Below the pieces are notes generated by a model. The model worked only from the letters and a program-made list of their open reading frames with translations, was not told the origin of the DNA and did no database searches. Positions 47,644 through 57,182 of a DNA stretch of 64,000 nucleotides are shown here, piece after piece; within the stretch, counting starts at the first letter, position 1; each line of letters starts with the position of its first letter. Source of the stretch: a virus; the IMG/VR virus record IMGVR_UViG_3300034095_001503, positions 13,986-77,985 of that record. One strand, written 5' to 3'. A program made the translations under genes and the position numbers.

Positions 47644-48867
47644 TTATCTTTTTTCAACTCTGTTAATCAAATCCATGATTCTCTTTGTTGAAGGGTCAAC
47701 GTATGCAGTACTTTCATTTAATTGTTTTGAAATACTAGTAGTTGCTTCCTTAATGATTTTACTTTCTACTGATTCTGAAATTGGTTTTCTGTTCTCCAAT
47801 TCAACTGCAATAGTTTTATGTAATTTTTTAGATTCTTTAAGATTAGAAATATCATCAAATCTTTTTAGAATACTTTGTTTTTCAGCTTTAGTTGTAGAGT
47901 GCTCTGTAAACAATCTTGTAATATAAGTCAAGTTTGAATTAAACACTACAGTTTCAACTAACTTATTTCTAAATTCTTTAAGAGCTGTTCTGAATTCTTG
48001 ATTCTCAGTCTGTAATTTTTTAGCTTCAGTTAATAAGCTGTTATATTTTTTTGCTGTTTCAGAAACAATTTGTTTAGCTTTGATAGATTCTCCAAGTCCT
48101 TCACGTTTTAATTCGTCTGGGAAGTTGTTAGGTTTAACTGAATTCATGCGACCATTTTTCAATGTATGTTGCATATTTTCTTCAATTTCCTCTTCTTCTT
48201 CTTCTTCGTCACCTAATTCAGATTCTTCTTCTTCAGATTCTTCTTCTTCTTCGTCACCGAATTCAGATTCTTCTTCTTCAGATTCTTCTTCGTCATCACC
48301 CATTTCAATGTCGTATTCAACATCAGAATCGTCTTCTTCATCATCACCACCTAATTCGATAGGTTCAATTTCAGAATCAACATCCATGTCATCACCACCT
48401 TTTAATGAATCTAGTTTAACTATATATTCACCAGGTTCTGTAACGTTTAAGTGAAGTTCATCACCAACAATTTCGATTTCGTCTTCACCGCTTAATTTTT
48501 TGTAAATTGCGATTACATCTTCATCGCTTGCTCCAGTCATATCAAGTTCTTCTGATGATTCATCATCGTCCATTCCCATTGCACCCATAGCTGGTAATTC
48601 TTCATCACCAAATTCTGAGTCTACATCTTCGATATCACTATCTGCATTCAAGTCATCTTCGTCTTCTTCTTCTTCACCATCTATTGGTGTTAAAGGATTG
48701 ACTTCTTCTTCTTCATAAGTCGCTTCTTCAAGTGACTCTTTCACAACACTATCAATTTCTTCTTTAGCAACGCTACGAAGTATTTCTTTTGTGTTTGCAT
48801 TAAGAGCGTTTTGGATATTTTTAATATCCAAAAGAGCTTCTTCAAGTATTGATTTTTTTTCTGCCAT
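47644..48867 (-). CDS. Prohead core scaffolding protein (gp22-like)
   Basis: Lies between protease and capsid genes; very acidic centre and C-terminal coiled coil; many (L/I)xE sites. Confidence 0.8.
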   Translation of the reverse strand: MAEKKSILEEALLDIKNIQNALNANTKEILRSVAKEEIDSVVKESLEEATYEEEEVNPLTPIDGEEEEDEDDLNADSDIEDVDSEFGDEELPAMGAMGMDDDESSEELDMTGASDEDVIAIYKKLSGEDEIEIVGDELHLNVTEPGEYIVKLDSLKGGDDMDVDSEIEPIELGGDDEEDDSDVEYDIEMGDDEEESEEEESEFGDEEEEESEEEESELGDEEEEEEEIEENMQHTLKNGRMNSVKPNNFPDELKREGLGESIKAKQIVSETAKKYNSLLTEAKKLQTENQEFRTALKEFRNKLVETVVFNSNLTYITRLFTEHSTTKAEKQSILKRFDDISNLKESKKLHKTIAVELENRKPISESVESKIIKEATTSISKQLNESTAYVDPSTKRIMDLINRVEKR

Positions 48868-48986
48868 TTTATCTTTTATTTATTTTATTCTTTTATTAGA
48901 TAAGCACAAGATTTCTCTCATTTGTTAATAAATATGTATTATTTTATCAAAAATCATTTTTTAATTAAAAAAAAAATATTTTTTGG

Positions 48987-49712
48987 TTAATCAGTTAAAA
49001 ATTTATCTAAATCATTTAATAGATTTTCTTTGATGATTGGTTTCTTCTTTTCAACGTTTTCAACGTATGGAGTCATTTCTTCTCTATTTCTACCAATCCA
49101 TGCGTCTGGTGTAGATGGTGCAGTAACAACGTCCCAACAAATTATTTCAAAATCGTCTTGAACTATTTGTTCACCATCTTTTCCTTCTTTAAGAGAACCA
49201 ACACCACGTGAAGAAACACCAATCTTGATTCTATTTCTTAATAAGTTAGCAACTTCGTCACCTTTTGTAGATACGATACCATAATTAATAAAACCAGGTG
49301 TCATTAAGATTTCCATCTTACCCATAAGAGTATGACCTTCCCACCATGTTTCAACAATATTATGTGATATTCTATCACCAGCAATAATTGATGACTCTGG
49401 GTGGTCTAATTCACCTACTGCTCTACGTTCACGTATTGCTTCTTGATATAATCTGTCTTGTGATTTAAGGATTGATTCTGGATATATCCTACCATTTCGG
49501 TTTAGGATACCATACTTTTGTAACACTACGTATACAATAAGTGGTTCAACGATAGACATTTTGCTACCAGTATCTATTTTTTTTATTTCGTTTATGAAAG
49601 GTTGATTTCTTGGTTCGTCTGGACTAATGTATCCAGCATCGTGTTCAATAAGTCCACCCCAACCGCTTTCACCACGTTTTACTATTTTAAAGTCTTTATA
49701 ATTTATATCCAT
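48987..49712 (-). CDS. gp21: Prohead protease, T4 gp21-like
   Basis: NRNGRIYP, GELDHP, SH, GVSSRGVGS, WDVVTAPSTPDA; ATG at 49712. Confidence 0.95.
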   Translation of the reverse strand: MDINYKDFKIVKRGESGWGGLIEHDAGYISPDEPRNQPFINEIKKIDTGSKMSIVEPLIVYVVLQKYGILNRNGRIYPESILKSQDRLYQEAIRERRAVGELDHPESSIIAGDRISHNIVETWWEGHTLMGKMEILMTPGFINYGIVSTKGDEVANLLRNRIKIGVSSRGVGSLKEGKDGEQIVQDDFEIICWDVVTAPSTPDAWIGRNREEMTPYVENVEKKKPIIKENLLNDLDKFLTD

Positions 49713-49752
49713 GATAAGTTTGCTTATATAGATATAAATATGTTGGTTAAAT

Positions 49753-49773
49753 AAAAAAAGCCCCAATGGGGCT
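49753..49773 (-). terminator. Intrinsic terminator
   Basis: Minus strand AGCCCC-ATT-GGGGCT-TTTTTT. Confidence 0.8.
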
Positions 49774-49777
49774 CTTA

Positions 49778-50221
49778 TTATATTTTTTTCTTATTAAAAT
49801 TAAATGTTTTATTGTTTTCAAAATTTGTCTTTATCAAATTTTCTGTTACCGATTCTAATTTGTCTTTCATGTAATCTGATGTTACCGACATTTCTTCGTT
49901 TAAGAATAATGTCATCTCACAACTCATAAAACTACGTTTCCCGTATCTTATACCAGATTCTCTGATATCCAAATCAACTATAGTTCTATTGCCATCAAAA
50001 AAACAATCCTCTTGTTCATCAAAAATTTTGAATAATGATTGTTTTATTTTCTTATTCAAATTCCTAATTACTTGATTGTAATTTACACCAATCTCTTCTG
50101 TGGGTTGAGCCCATGAAGAAATGTTGATATAGATGGCTTTTGGGTTCTTATTGTTTACGCTACCAAAAACTACATTATAATTTTTAAATTTAGTTGTTTT
50201 AATTTCTTTTCCTTTTTTCAT
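49778..50221 (-). CDS. Hypothetical protein
   Basis: 147 aa; has its own host-sigma-type promoter. Confidence 0.75.
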   Translation of the reverse strand: MKKGKEIKTTKFKNYNVVFGSVNNKNPKAIYINISSWAQPTEEIGVNYNQVIRNLNKKIKQSLFKIFDEQEDCFFDGNRTIVDLDIRESGIRYGKRSFMSCEMTLFLNEEMSVTSDYMKDKLESVTENLIKTNFENNKTFNFNKKKI

Positions 50222-50266
50222 ACCTGGTTTTTATTCAAATATAAGCAAAAACCAGGTATAAGTCAA
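50220..50266 (-). promoter_or_regulatory. Host-sigma promoter with a 13-bp inverted repeat covering the start codon
   Basis: TTGACT-N17-TATATTTG; arms ATACCTGGTTTTT and AAAAACCAGGTAT(G). Confidence 0.65.
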
Positions 50267-50271
50267 GTACC

Positions 50272-50601
50272 TTAAAATTTACCCCAAAGAGCTAACCCAA
50301 TTCCAATGATAATCTGTACAAACGAAATAATTGCAATTGCAGCAACCCAACGATTTTTTTGTTTATATATTTCATCTTTAGCCTCTTTCATTTGAGATGG
50401 AGACCATATTTCACCAACTTTCTCAATCCATAAGGCGTTTAAGTTAACGGTTTTTTCAATATTTTTAACTTCAGTAAGTTTTTGATTCAATTCACCAAAC
50501 TTAGTATCCATATCTGTTCTCATCTTTTCGTGGTTTTCGTTAAGACGCTCTAATTCTTTAAGTACTAATTTACTATAGTCATTCCAAGTTTCTTCTGCCA
50601 T
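50272..50601 (-). CDS. Coiled-coil protein with a C-terminal transmembrane helix (holin/XhlA-like architecture)
   Basis: WVAAIAIISFVQIIIGIGLALW at the C-terminus. Confidence 0.6.
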   Translation of the reverse strand: MAEETWNDYSKLVLKELERLNENHEKMRTDMDTKFGELNQKLTEVKNIEKTVNLNALWIEKVGEIWSPSQMKEAKDEIYKQKNRWVAAIAIISFVQIIIGIGLALWGKF

Positions 50602-50602
50602 T

Positions 50603-50839
50603 TTAATTAAATTTAATATCTTCTAATATTTTCATAATAGTTATACACATAGTTTCATAACATTTTATTTTTGATTGCTCAGTATCAGCTGTATCAACCG
50701 TTTTTTTGCCATCATCAATCATGTTTTTTAATTTTTTTAAAACATCTTTGTATTGAACATCACTTATGTGTTCAATACTACATAATCTTTCGGTTAACGC
50801 CCTTAACTTTAAAATATTATCACTTGGAACAGTTTTCAT
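50603..50839 (-). CDS. Hypothetical protein
   Basis: 78-aa ORF in the operon. Confidence 0.65.
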   Translation of the reverse strand: MKTVPSDNILKLRALTERLCSIEHISDVQYKDVLKKLKNMIDDGKKTVDTADTEQSKIKCYETMCITIMKILEDIKFN

Positions 50840-50851
50840 AATTTTTGTTAT

Positions 50852-51637
50852 TTATTTAAGATTATTTCTAAGTTCAACTAATTTAGAAATATTTTTAGTG
50901 TAATCTTCATTAACTTCTTGTTTATCATTCAACAATTTATCTTTTACTTGTAATAATTTGTCTTTTGCGTCTAAACTAGATTCTTTAAGTTTCTCATTGA
51001 TTAAATCAATACATTCTCTAAGTGTTTTTGAATAAACTTCTTTTTTCTTAACATCATCTGAATCAATAAGTGCTTTTAATATTTCTTTATCTGATTCATC
51101 CAAATCAGAATATTTCTCATTGTATTTATCAACCATAATTGACGAAATTAAACTATTTGGTAAACCAGATGATTCAAAAATTTCTTTAGGTTTATTAGCC
51201 AATATATAGTCAACCACGTTGCTAGTGGCCTCTACAATAGTGTCAATAGTTTTTGGTGTTCTTTTTGTGAAGATAAGAGTTGATATATTTTCATGTAATG
51301 ATTTATGATTGTAATCTAAATCTTCTTTAAGTAAATCACCTTTATCACATAATGTAATAAACTCAGCCAAATACGTATTAAGTTCAACCATTCTTTTCTT
51401 ATCAAAATAAGAGAACAATGCAATATTTTCTTTTACAAATTCAGTTGCTTTTTCTCTGTTTGATTCTATTTTGTTTTCTATGTTAGAGATTACTAAAAAC
51501 TGAGTTTTTAATATTTCATTCTCTTTAATAGTTTTAACGTATTTTTTGAATAAATTAATTGATTCAGCATCTTTTGTTGCGATACCTTCAGAAACCAATT
51601 CGTTAAATATGTTTTTTATTTTACCGAAGTTTTTCAT
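50852..51637 (-). CDS. Hypothetical helical protein in the head module
   Basis: 261 aa immediately downstream of the portal gene; late motif upstream. Confidence 0.75.
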   Translation of the reverse strand: MKNFGKIKNIFNELVSEGIATKDAESINLFKKYVKTIKENEILKTQFLVISNIENKIESNREKATEFVKENIALFSYFDKKRMVELNTYLAEFITLCDKGDLLKEDLDYNHKSLHENISTLIFTKRTPKTIDTIVEATSNVVDYILANKPKEIFESSGLPNSLISSIMVDKYNEKYSDLDESDKEILKALIDSDDVKKKEVYSKTLRECIDLINEKLKESSLDAKDKLLQVKDKLLNDKQEVNEDYTKNISKLVELRNNLK

Positions 51638-51684
51638 ACTTTGTTTTTTTTATTATAAATATCTTATTTTACTTGTAAAAGCTA

Positions 51685-53721
51685 TTATTCTTCTAACATT
51701 TTATCAATATCACCAATCATATTATCAATATCTTTATTTATCTTTAAATTTTGGTTATAAATTTTAACATTTTCAACTTTTTTAGTTTGGTCTGGTTTGA
51801 TTGTTTCAACCAATGCATCAACAAATCTATTTTTATATTTATCGCTTCTTTGGTTTAATTTTCCAGATAAAACTTGTTTTCTTTCAGTCAATAATTTTTC
51901 CATTTTTTTAATTGATTCAGCAACTGGTTCAGCTTCTGTAGCTGCCTCTAAAGCACCAACATCACCACCAGCTTCTGTATCAGCAGCAGCTTCTTCACCT
52001 TCAGCCCCAGCTTCAGCCCCAGCTTCATCACCGAAATCTAGGTCTTCACCACCCATTCCACCGCCTCCGAAGCCTCCACCGCCTCCACCGCCAATAGCAC
52101 CACCTTCAGCGTCTCCACCTTCAGCTGCACCACCACCACCGTTTAAAGCAGCTTCAAAATCACCATAGATTCTATCAACATTGTCAAACATACCAGTATG
52201 TTTAATAACAGCAGAAGTATTAGCCAATTCAGCAGAAGCAGCTTTCTCCATACGTTGTTCAAGTAAATCTTGTTTGATTTCATCATCAGACCAACCCATA
52301 ATTTCTCTATGAGCACGAGTCCATGACATAACACCAAATCCATTACCAATATCAGATACAGCATCTTTAAGAAGTGTAACTTTATTTTGTAAGTGTTCAA
52401 CTTTAAGCATTTCAGCTTGTGTTGATGGATTATTAAGTGTAAGTGTAAAATTATCTAAATCATCCTCAAAACCTAAAAGGTATAAATGGATAATAGCAAT
52501 TTTGTTTAATTCTTGTAGGATTGATTGTTGTATTCTATTTATCGTTCTAGAAAAACGAATATCTTGAATTGCTAAGTTTTTACCATCACCAGTTGTCTCA
52601 TCAAAACCTAAAAATGGTTTAGGAACTCTCAATGCTGTAAATAAATTACTTCTTAGGTATTCAATATCAGCAATTTGGTCTAAGTTAGACGCACCTGGTA
52701 AAGTATCGATAGGGTTTGGTGCGTTCTCATCCCTTACTGGAATAAAGAAATCTTGGTCATTTGCCAATTGATTGTAACGTAAATCGATTTGTCCAGTTTG
52801 TGGGTCAACGATAGGCATACGTTTAAATCTATCAGCGATAGCGTTTACGTATGGTTCAACATCAGCATCATCAATATTACCAACATAGATTTTGTATACA
52901 CGTCTTTCTGGTGCTCTAGTTACACGATAAACAAGCATACTGTCCTCTGATAATAATAACTGTTTCCAAATACGTCTAGCCTTCTCTAATACAGATGTAC
53001 CGTAAGGTAAACGTCTATCATCACCCAATAATCTAAAGTGAGCAATTTGCCATGAATTGAATTCAACATCACGACCTCTCCAAAAGAATTTTACTTTATC
53101 TCCAGAAGAAACTTCGTTATCTGGTAATTCTCTACCACTAATCATATCGAATAAACCAGACTCTCTTCTTTCCATTTCGTAGTTAGGCATTTGTTTTGCA
53201 CCAACGATACCATTATCAGCATCAATGTTCAAATAAACAAAGTTATCACCGTATTTACATGTATTTCTAGTCCACATTGGTCCAGAAGTATGGAAATCTA
53301 ATCTATTGAAAAATAAATCTTCTAATATTGTTTTTACACGTTTACTATCAGAGTATATATTCATCATTTTACCTTGGTCATTTAGAGTTGTTGATTCCTC
53401 CATCATAACGTCCAAAGCCGCTGCAATTGTTGGATAGAACTCCATAGCTTCAAAATCGGCATAAGAACCAATACGTGTTGTTTCGTAGTTGATTGATTGT
53501 TGGAATAATCCACTTTCAACTTTCTTCCAAACAGAACCTAAATATTTGTTTTGTTGTGCTTGTAATTTAGCTGATTCAAATTCAGCTTTATTATCTGTTT
53601 TCAATAACTCACCATTACCAATATTGTATCGTTGAGTTGATGGTTGTTTTTTTGGTTTTATACCGTCTGGGCTAATTACTTGCCCTAATCTTTGGAATAT
53701 AGTTAAATTTCTTTCTGCCAT
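51685..53721 (-). CDS. gp20: Portal protein, T4 gp20-like
   Basis: YGTSVLE.AR..WKQL.L.ED..LVYRVTRAPERRVYKIYVGN, DFFIPVR, IDTLPG, ALRVP; Gly/Glu-rich C-terminal linker. Confidence 0.95.
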   Translation of the reverse strand: MAERNLTIFQRLGQVISPDGIKPKKQPSTQRYNIGNGELLKTDNKAEFESAKLQAQQNKYLGSVWKKVESGLFQQSINYETTRIGSYADFEAMEFYPTIAAALDVMMEESTTLNDQGKMMNIYSDSKRVKTILEDLFFNRLDFHTSGPMWTRNTCKYGDNFVYLNIDADNGIVGAKQMPNYEMERRESGLFDMISGRELPDNEVSSGDKVKFFWRGRDVEFNSWQIAHFRLLGDDRRLPYGTSVLEKARRIWKQLLLSEDSMLVYRVTRAPERRVYKIYVGNIDDADVEPYVNAIADRFKRMPIVDPQTGQIDLRYNQLANDQDFFIPVRDENAPNPIDTLPGASNLDQIADIEYLRSNLFTALRVPKPFLGFDETTGDGKNLAIQDIRFSRTINRIQQSILQELNKIAIIHLYLLGFEDDLDNFTLTLNNPSTQAEMLKVEHLQNKVTLLKDAVSDIGNGFGVMSWTRAHREIMGWSDDEIKQDLLEQRMEKAASAELANTSAVIKHTGMFDNVDRIYGDFEAALNGGGGAAEGGDAEGGAIGGGGGGGFGGGGMGGEDLDFGDEAGAEAGAEGEEAAADTEAGGDVGALEAATEAEPVAESIKKMEKLLTERKQVLSGKLNQRSDKYKNRFVDALVETIKPDQTKKVENVKIYNQNLKINKDIDNMIGDIDKMLEE

Positions 53722-53767
53722 AATTTTTTTTATTAAAATATAATTAATTTATTGGTAAAATAAATAG

Positions 53768-54004
53768 TTATTCAAGATAACCACACTCTACATAGGCAAA
53801 ATGTGCTTGTTCATGATTTACCACTTCTAAATTATATACGTATGTTGTTATCCAATCTTGACCTTGTGAACCAGCTACTGCGTCACAATAGAATGGTCTA
53901 CCAGTAGATTGTTTTTTTGATAAATCATTAGGGTTTGGTGACCATTTATATAAAACGTTACCACCAGCACTTTTTAGCATGAATACTTTTTTCTCTATTG
54001 CCAT
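53768..54004 (-). CDS. Hypothetical protein
   Basis: 78 aa between terL and portal. Confidence 0.65.
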   Translation of the reverse strand: MAIEKKVFMLKSAGGNVLYKWSPNPNDLSKKQSTGRPFYCDAVAGSQGQDWITTYVYNLEVVNHEQAHFAYVECGYLE

Positions 54005-54012
54005 TTTAATAT

Positions 54013-55779
54013 TTATTTAATTTTTCCAAATAACCAAGCATATTCACCTTTAGGGTCTTGTACATTTTTATATGCACTATGATTGGGGTTTATTTTCTTT
54101 TCAATTTGTTTTGTTTCTGGGTTAATAGTTGACACTGTAGGTGATACATTAGCTGAAGAAGCCCAACTAGATAACATTGCTTTGGTTTGTTTCTCTAATT
54201 TTTCTAGATTTTTAAACGAATGTTCCAAAACCCATAAAGCCATACCCAAAGACATAAGTAAATCATCATGGTAGCCCTCCATGTGGTCTGGTCTACCGTT
54301 TTTATAGATAAATGTTTTCATTTCTGAAATCATTCTACTTGAACGAATCTTAACACCATTTGTTCTAATCATATATTCTAAATTAGAAATCATTGGTAAA
54401 CGTACATTTGTTGCATGAAAACCAGGTATCTTGTTACTATTGCTTCTATCATATGATGTTAACTCTCTTTGTCTAGCTGAAAGTATTTTCCCATTAGTTG
54501 AATCATAATGTAATCGTTTGTATTCGAATTCTAATAATTTAAGTACTGTAGAAACACCCATACCACCAGTAACATCGACTACCGTATAAGACTTGTATAA
54601 ATTACCATATTCTTCAACTATTTGAGCCAACAAATCTGGTTGTATTTTACCTTGGTATTCCATTACTTGTTCCATGGTAGTAAAATCTATAATAACCATT
54701 GTAGACGCATCTTCACCATCACCTCTGGATACATCGACACCCATTATGTATTGGTGACCTTCTTGGGGTTCTTCCCATATCCATATCTCTTGTTCTAAAC
54801 CAGCAGTGTATTTTGGTTGTTTTACATTGTTTTTTTCATGGAAATCGATATATTCTTCATTGATTACATTACCCCCAGAACCAATAAATGACACATCTAA
54901 CTCTTGTGCAATCATTTTGGCATCGTTGTTCATACCTCTACACATTTCTTCATACCATGTAGATGTTGGTTTCCACCCATCTTCAATCATTCTAGTATAA
55001 GACACAAAAGTAAATTCATATTCTTTTGATACTTCATCACCTTTTATCCAACTTAAATCTTTATTGTAACGTAAATCTTCAAACCATTTCATCTCTACAA
55101 TGTTGAAACTATTCTTTTTGTTTCTTGCTTGGTCGTATGTTTTATAATACAATGCATCCATACCATTAGGTGTTGAAATAAGTGTTGCTCTACCCCCAGT
55201 ACCCAATGCAGTAAGTGCCGCACCAAATACTTCAGCTCCGTTATCAATATAAGCTGCCTCATCCATAATAAGGAATGTAGGTGTAAAACCCCTCAAGGCA
55301 TCTTTAGAAGTTGCTACTGCTTTTACACGACTACCGTTAGGTAATTTAATCTCTTTCTTTGAATCTGTAAGGAAAATTGATTTACCCTCGTTTTTAGGGT
55401 TGCCATAATATTCATGTCCCCATATCCACCTAGGTAATTGATTTAGGAAATCTTTAATCTTTGCCAAAAACTCAAAAGCTAACTCTTGCTTATTGGCAAT
55501 AATTAGAATATTTTCTGGGTTTTCAGAATCAGCAAAACCAACTTTGATTGACATATATGCTGCTGTTGTTGTTGATACACCAGCTTGACGTGGTTTTGTT
55601 ACAATATTAAAACGGTGTTTTTCGTATGCACTAATAATTTCTTTTTGTCGAGGGAATAGCTTAAATGGGACAAAACCCTCTTGAGTTTTATCAAACGTTT
55701 CCAAATATGTTTCAATAGCATATGTCGGTTGGGTAAGACATCTTGCGTATTCTTTAAATATTTCTTGTGTTGTTAGCAT
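54013..55779 (-). CDS. terL: Terminase large subunit, T4 gp17-like
   Basis: FPRQ, KPRQAGVST, LIMDEAA, ISTPNG, QELDVSF, GVDVSRGDGED, HDDLLM. Confidence 0.95.
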   Translation of the reverse strand: MLTTQEIFKEYARCLTQPTYAIETYLETFDKTQEGFVPFKLFPRQKEIISAYEKHRFNIVTKPRQAGVSTTTAAYMSIKVGFADSENPENILIIANKQELAFEFLAKIKDFLNQLPRWIWGHEYYGNPKNEGKSIFLTDSKKEIKLPNGSRVKAVATSKDALRGFTPTFLIMDEAAYIDNGAEVFGAALTALGTGGRATLISTPNGMDALYYKTYDQARNKKNSFNIVEMKWFEDLRYNKDLSWIKGDEVSKEYEFTFVSYTRMIEDGWKPTSTWYEEMCRGMNNDAKMIAQELDVSFIGSGGNVINEEYIDFHEKNNVKQPKYTAGLEQEIWIWEEPQEGHQYIMGVDVSRGDGEDASTMVIIDFTTMEQVMEYQGKIQPDLLAQIVEEYGNLYKSYTVVDVTGGMGVSTVLKLLEFEYKRLHYDSTNGKILSARQRELTSYDRSNSNKIPGFHATNVRLPMISNLEYMIRTNGVKIRSSRMISEMKTFIYKNGRPDHMEGYHDDLLMSLGMALWVLEHSFKNLEKLEKQTKAMLSSWASSANVSPTVSTINPETKQIEKKINPNHSAYKNVQDPKGEYAWLFGKIK

Positions 55780-55835
55780 ATTCTTTTTAGTAATAAATAT
55801 GCTGAAATCAAGTAAAAATGTTTAATACAAATGAC

Positions 55836-55857
55836 AAAGGCCCCAAACGGAGCCTTT
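55836..55857 (-). terminator. Probable terminator hairpin
   Basis: Minus strand AAAGGCTCC-GTTT-GGGGCCTTT. Confidence 0.6.
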
Positions 55858-55880
55858 ATCTATAATTATGTTACTAATTT

Positions 55881-57182
55881 TTAAAATAATTCATCAATAT
55901 CAAAACCACTTTCTTCTTCTGGCTTATCATCTGAACTACCAAATGTTGTTCCACCCATAAGTTCGTCAAAATTAAAACCTTCTTCATTAGAAATTTCTTT
56001 CTCTTGATTATCGACATCACCCATTGCTTGATTGTATTCTTCTTCTTGTAAAGAACGATTAACTTCATTAACAATATCTTTAATAATCTTCTTACCTTCA
56101 GCGGTGTTAGCCATTACTTCTCTCATTTTATAGTTGAAATCGTCAACTGGTAATGCTGCCATTTCACTATATACGTGATGTTTCAAATGAAAGTCATCTG
56201 GTTCGATAGCATTTGTGAATCGACCCCACAGACCTGGACCCATACGCATATCCCATGGTTCAGCAGCTAAGAAATCAGCTTTACCAATAACAAATTCACC
56301 AGTTTTTTTATCTTGTGGTAAACCATGTGCTGATAAAATTTCCATAACACCTTTAACCAATTCATGGATAAGAACTGGCAACACCATTGCTTGTGCATTG
56401 ATAACAGCTTTTGGGTTTGATTTAGTAGGGAATTCAACACTAACAACACCACCATTTGTACCATTTTCCATATTAGGGATAATGTAATACATATAATCAG
56501 CAGCTGCCATCATTTTACTGTATTTATTTGCTAAACGAGGGTCAATGTCTGTCAATTCATCGTCAGCCATATGAAACATATGGTTACATTTTTTTGCAGC
56601 ACCTTGTGTCATTGCATTTAGAAATCTTCTTTTATAAACTTCTTTGTTGGCGTTGACCATCTCATCATGATTACCAAACTCCATTTCAACAGTAATTGGT
56701 TTAGGATTCTTTTTCGTACCTTCCATGTTGATATGTGGTGTTAATTCTGCGTTTATTTCAACAGCATCTTCATCCATATCATATTCTTCACGAATCATTT
56801 TAATTGCTAATTCAATTAATTCTTTTCTGTGTTTTGTTTCTAAACCCATAGTTTCATAAACCAATGGCATCATTTTACCCATAACGTCAGAATTATCTAT
56901 TGAATCACATTCAAACGCTCTTTTATAACGTTTTGCAACTTCATTAAACCTTTCACCCATAATAGTTTCTTCAAATCTATTTTCATGACCTTCTGGTAAA
57001 ACTGGACTACCACTTAATGAATGTCTATCGTTTTTCAAATCCTCTTCAAGTTGAGGTGCCATTCTTTCAGACATACCTTCTGGATATAAAATACTTTCAT
57101 TTAAAGGTTTAGCGGTGCTAACTTGTTTACCCAATTTTGACTTTCTTAATGCTTCTTCAGCTATTTTTCTGTAATCGCTCAT
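55881..57182 (-). CDS. Hypothetical protein (HExxxGxxE motif), probable head-associated
   Basis: 433 aa; LIHELVKGVME; N-terminal LNE. Confidence 0.75.
   Translation of the reverse strand: MSDYRKIAEEALRKSKLGKQVSTAKPLNESILYPEGMSERMAPQLEEDLKNDRHSLSGSPVLPEGHENRFEETIMGERFNEVAKRYKRAFECDSIDNSDVMGKMMPLVYETMGLETKHRKELIELAIKMIREEYDMDEDAVEINAELTPHINMEGTKKNPKPITVEMEFGNHDEMVNANKEVYKRRFLNAMTQGAAKKCNHMFHMADDELTDIDPRLANKYSKMMAAADYMYYIIPNMENGTNGGVVSVEFPTKSNPKAVINAQAMVLPVLIHELVKGVMEILSAHGLPQDKKTGEFVIGKADFLAAEPWDMRMGPGLWGRFTNAIEPDDFHLKHHVYSEMAALPVDDFNYKMREVMANTAEGKKIIKDIVNEVNRSLQEEEYNQAMGDVDNQEKEISNEEGFNFDELMGGTTFGSSDDKPEEESGFDIDELF

Noticed and set aside
48180-48305. TTC/TCTTCT-rich tandem repeats
   Set aside because: They simply encode the poly-Glu acidic tract of the scaffold protein.
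45751-55779. Stop-codon reassignment, as in some large Bacteroidota phages
   Set aside because: Capsid, portal, TerL, protease and ThyA are full length in the standard code and coding density is high.
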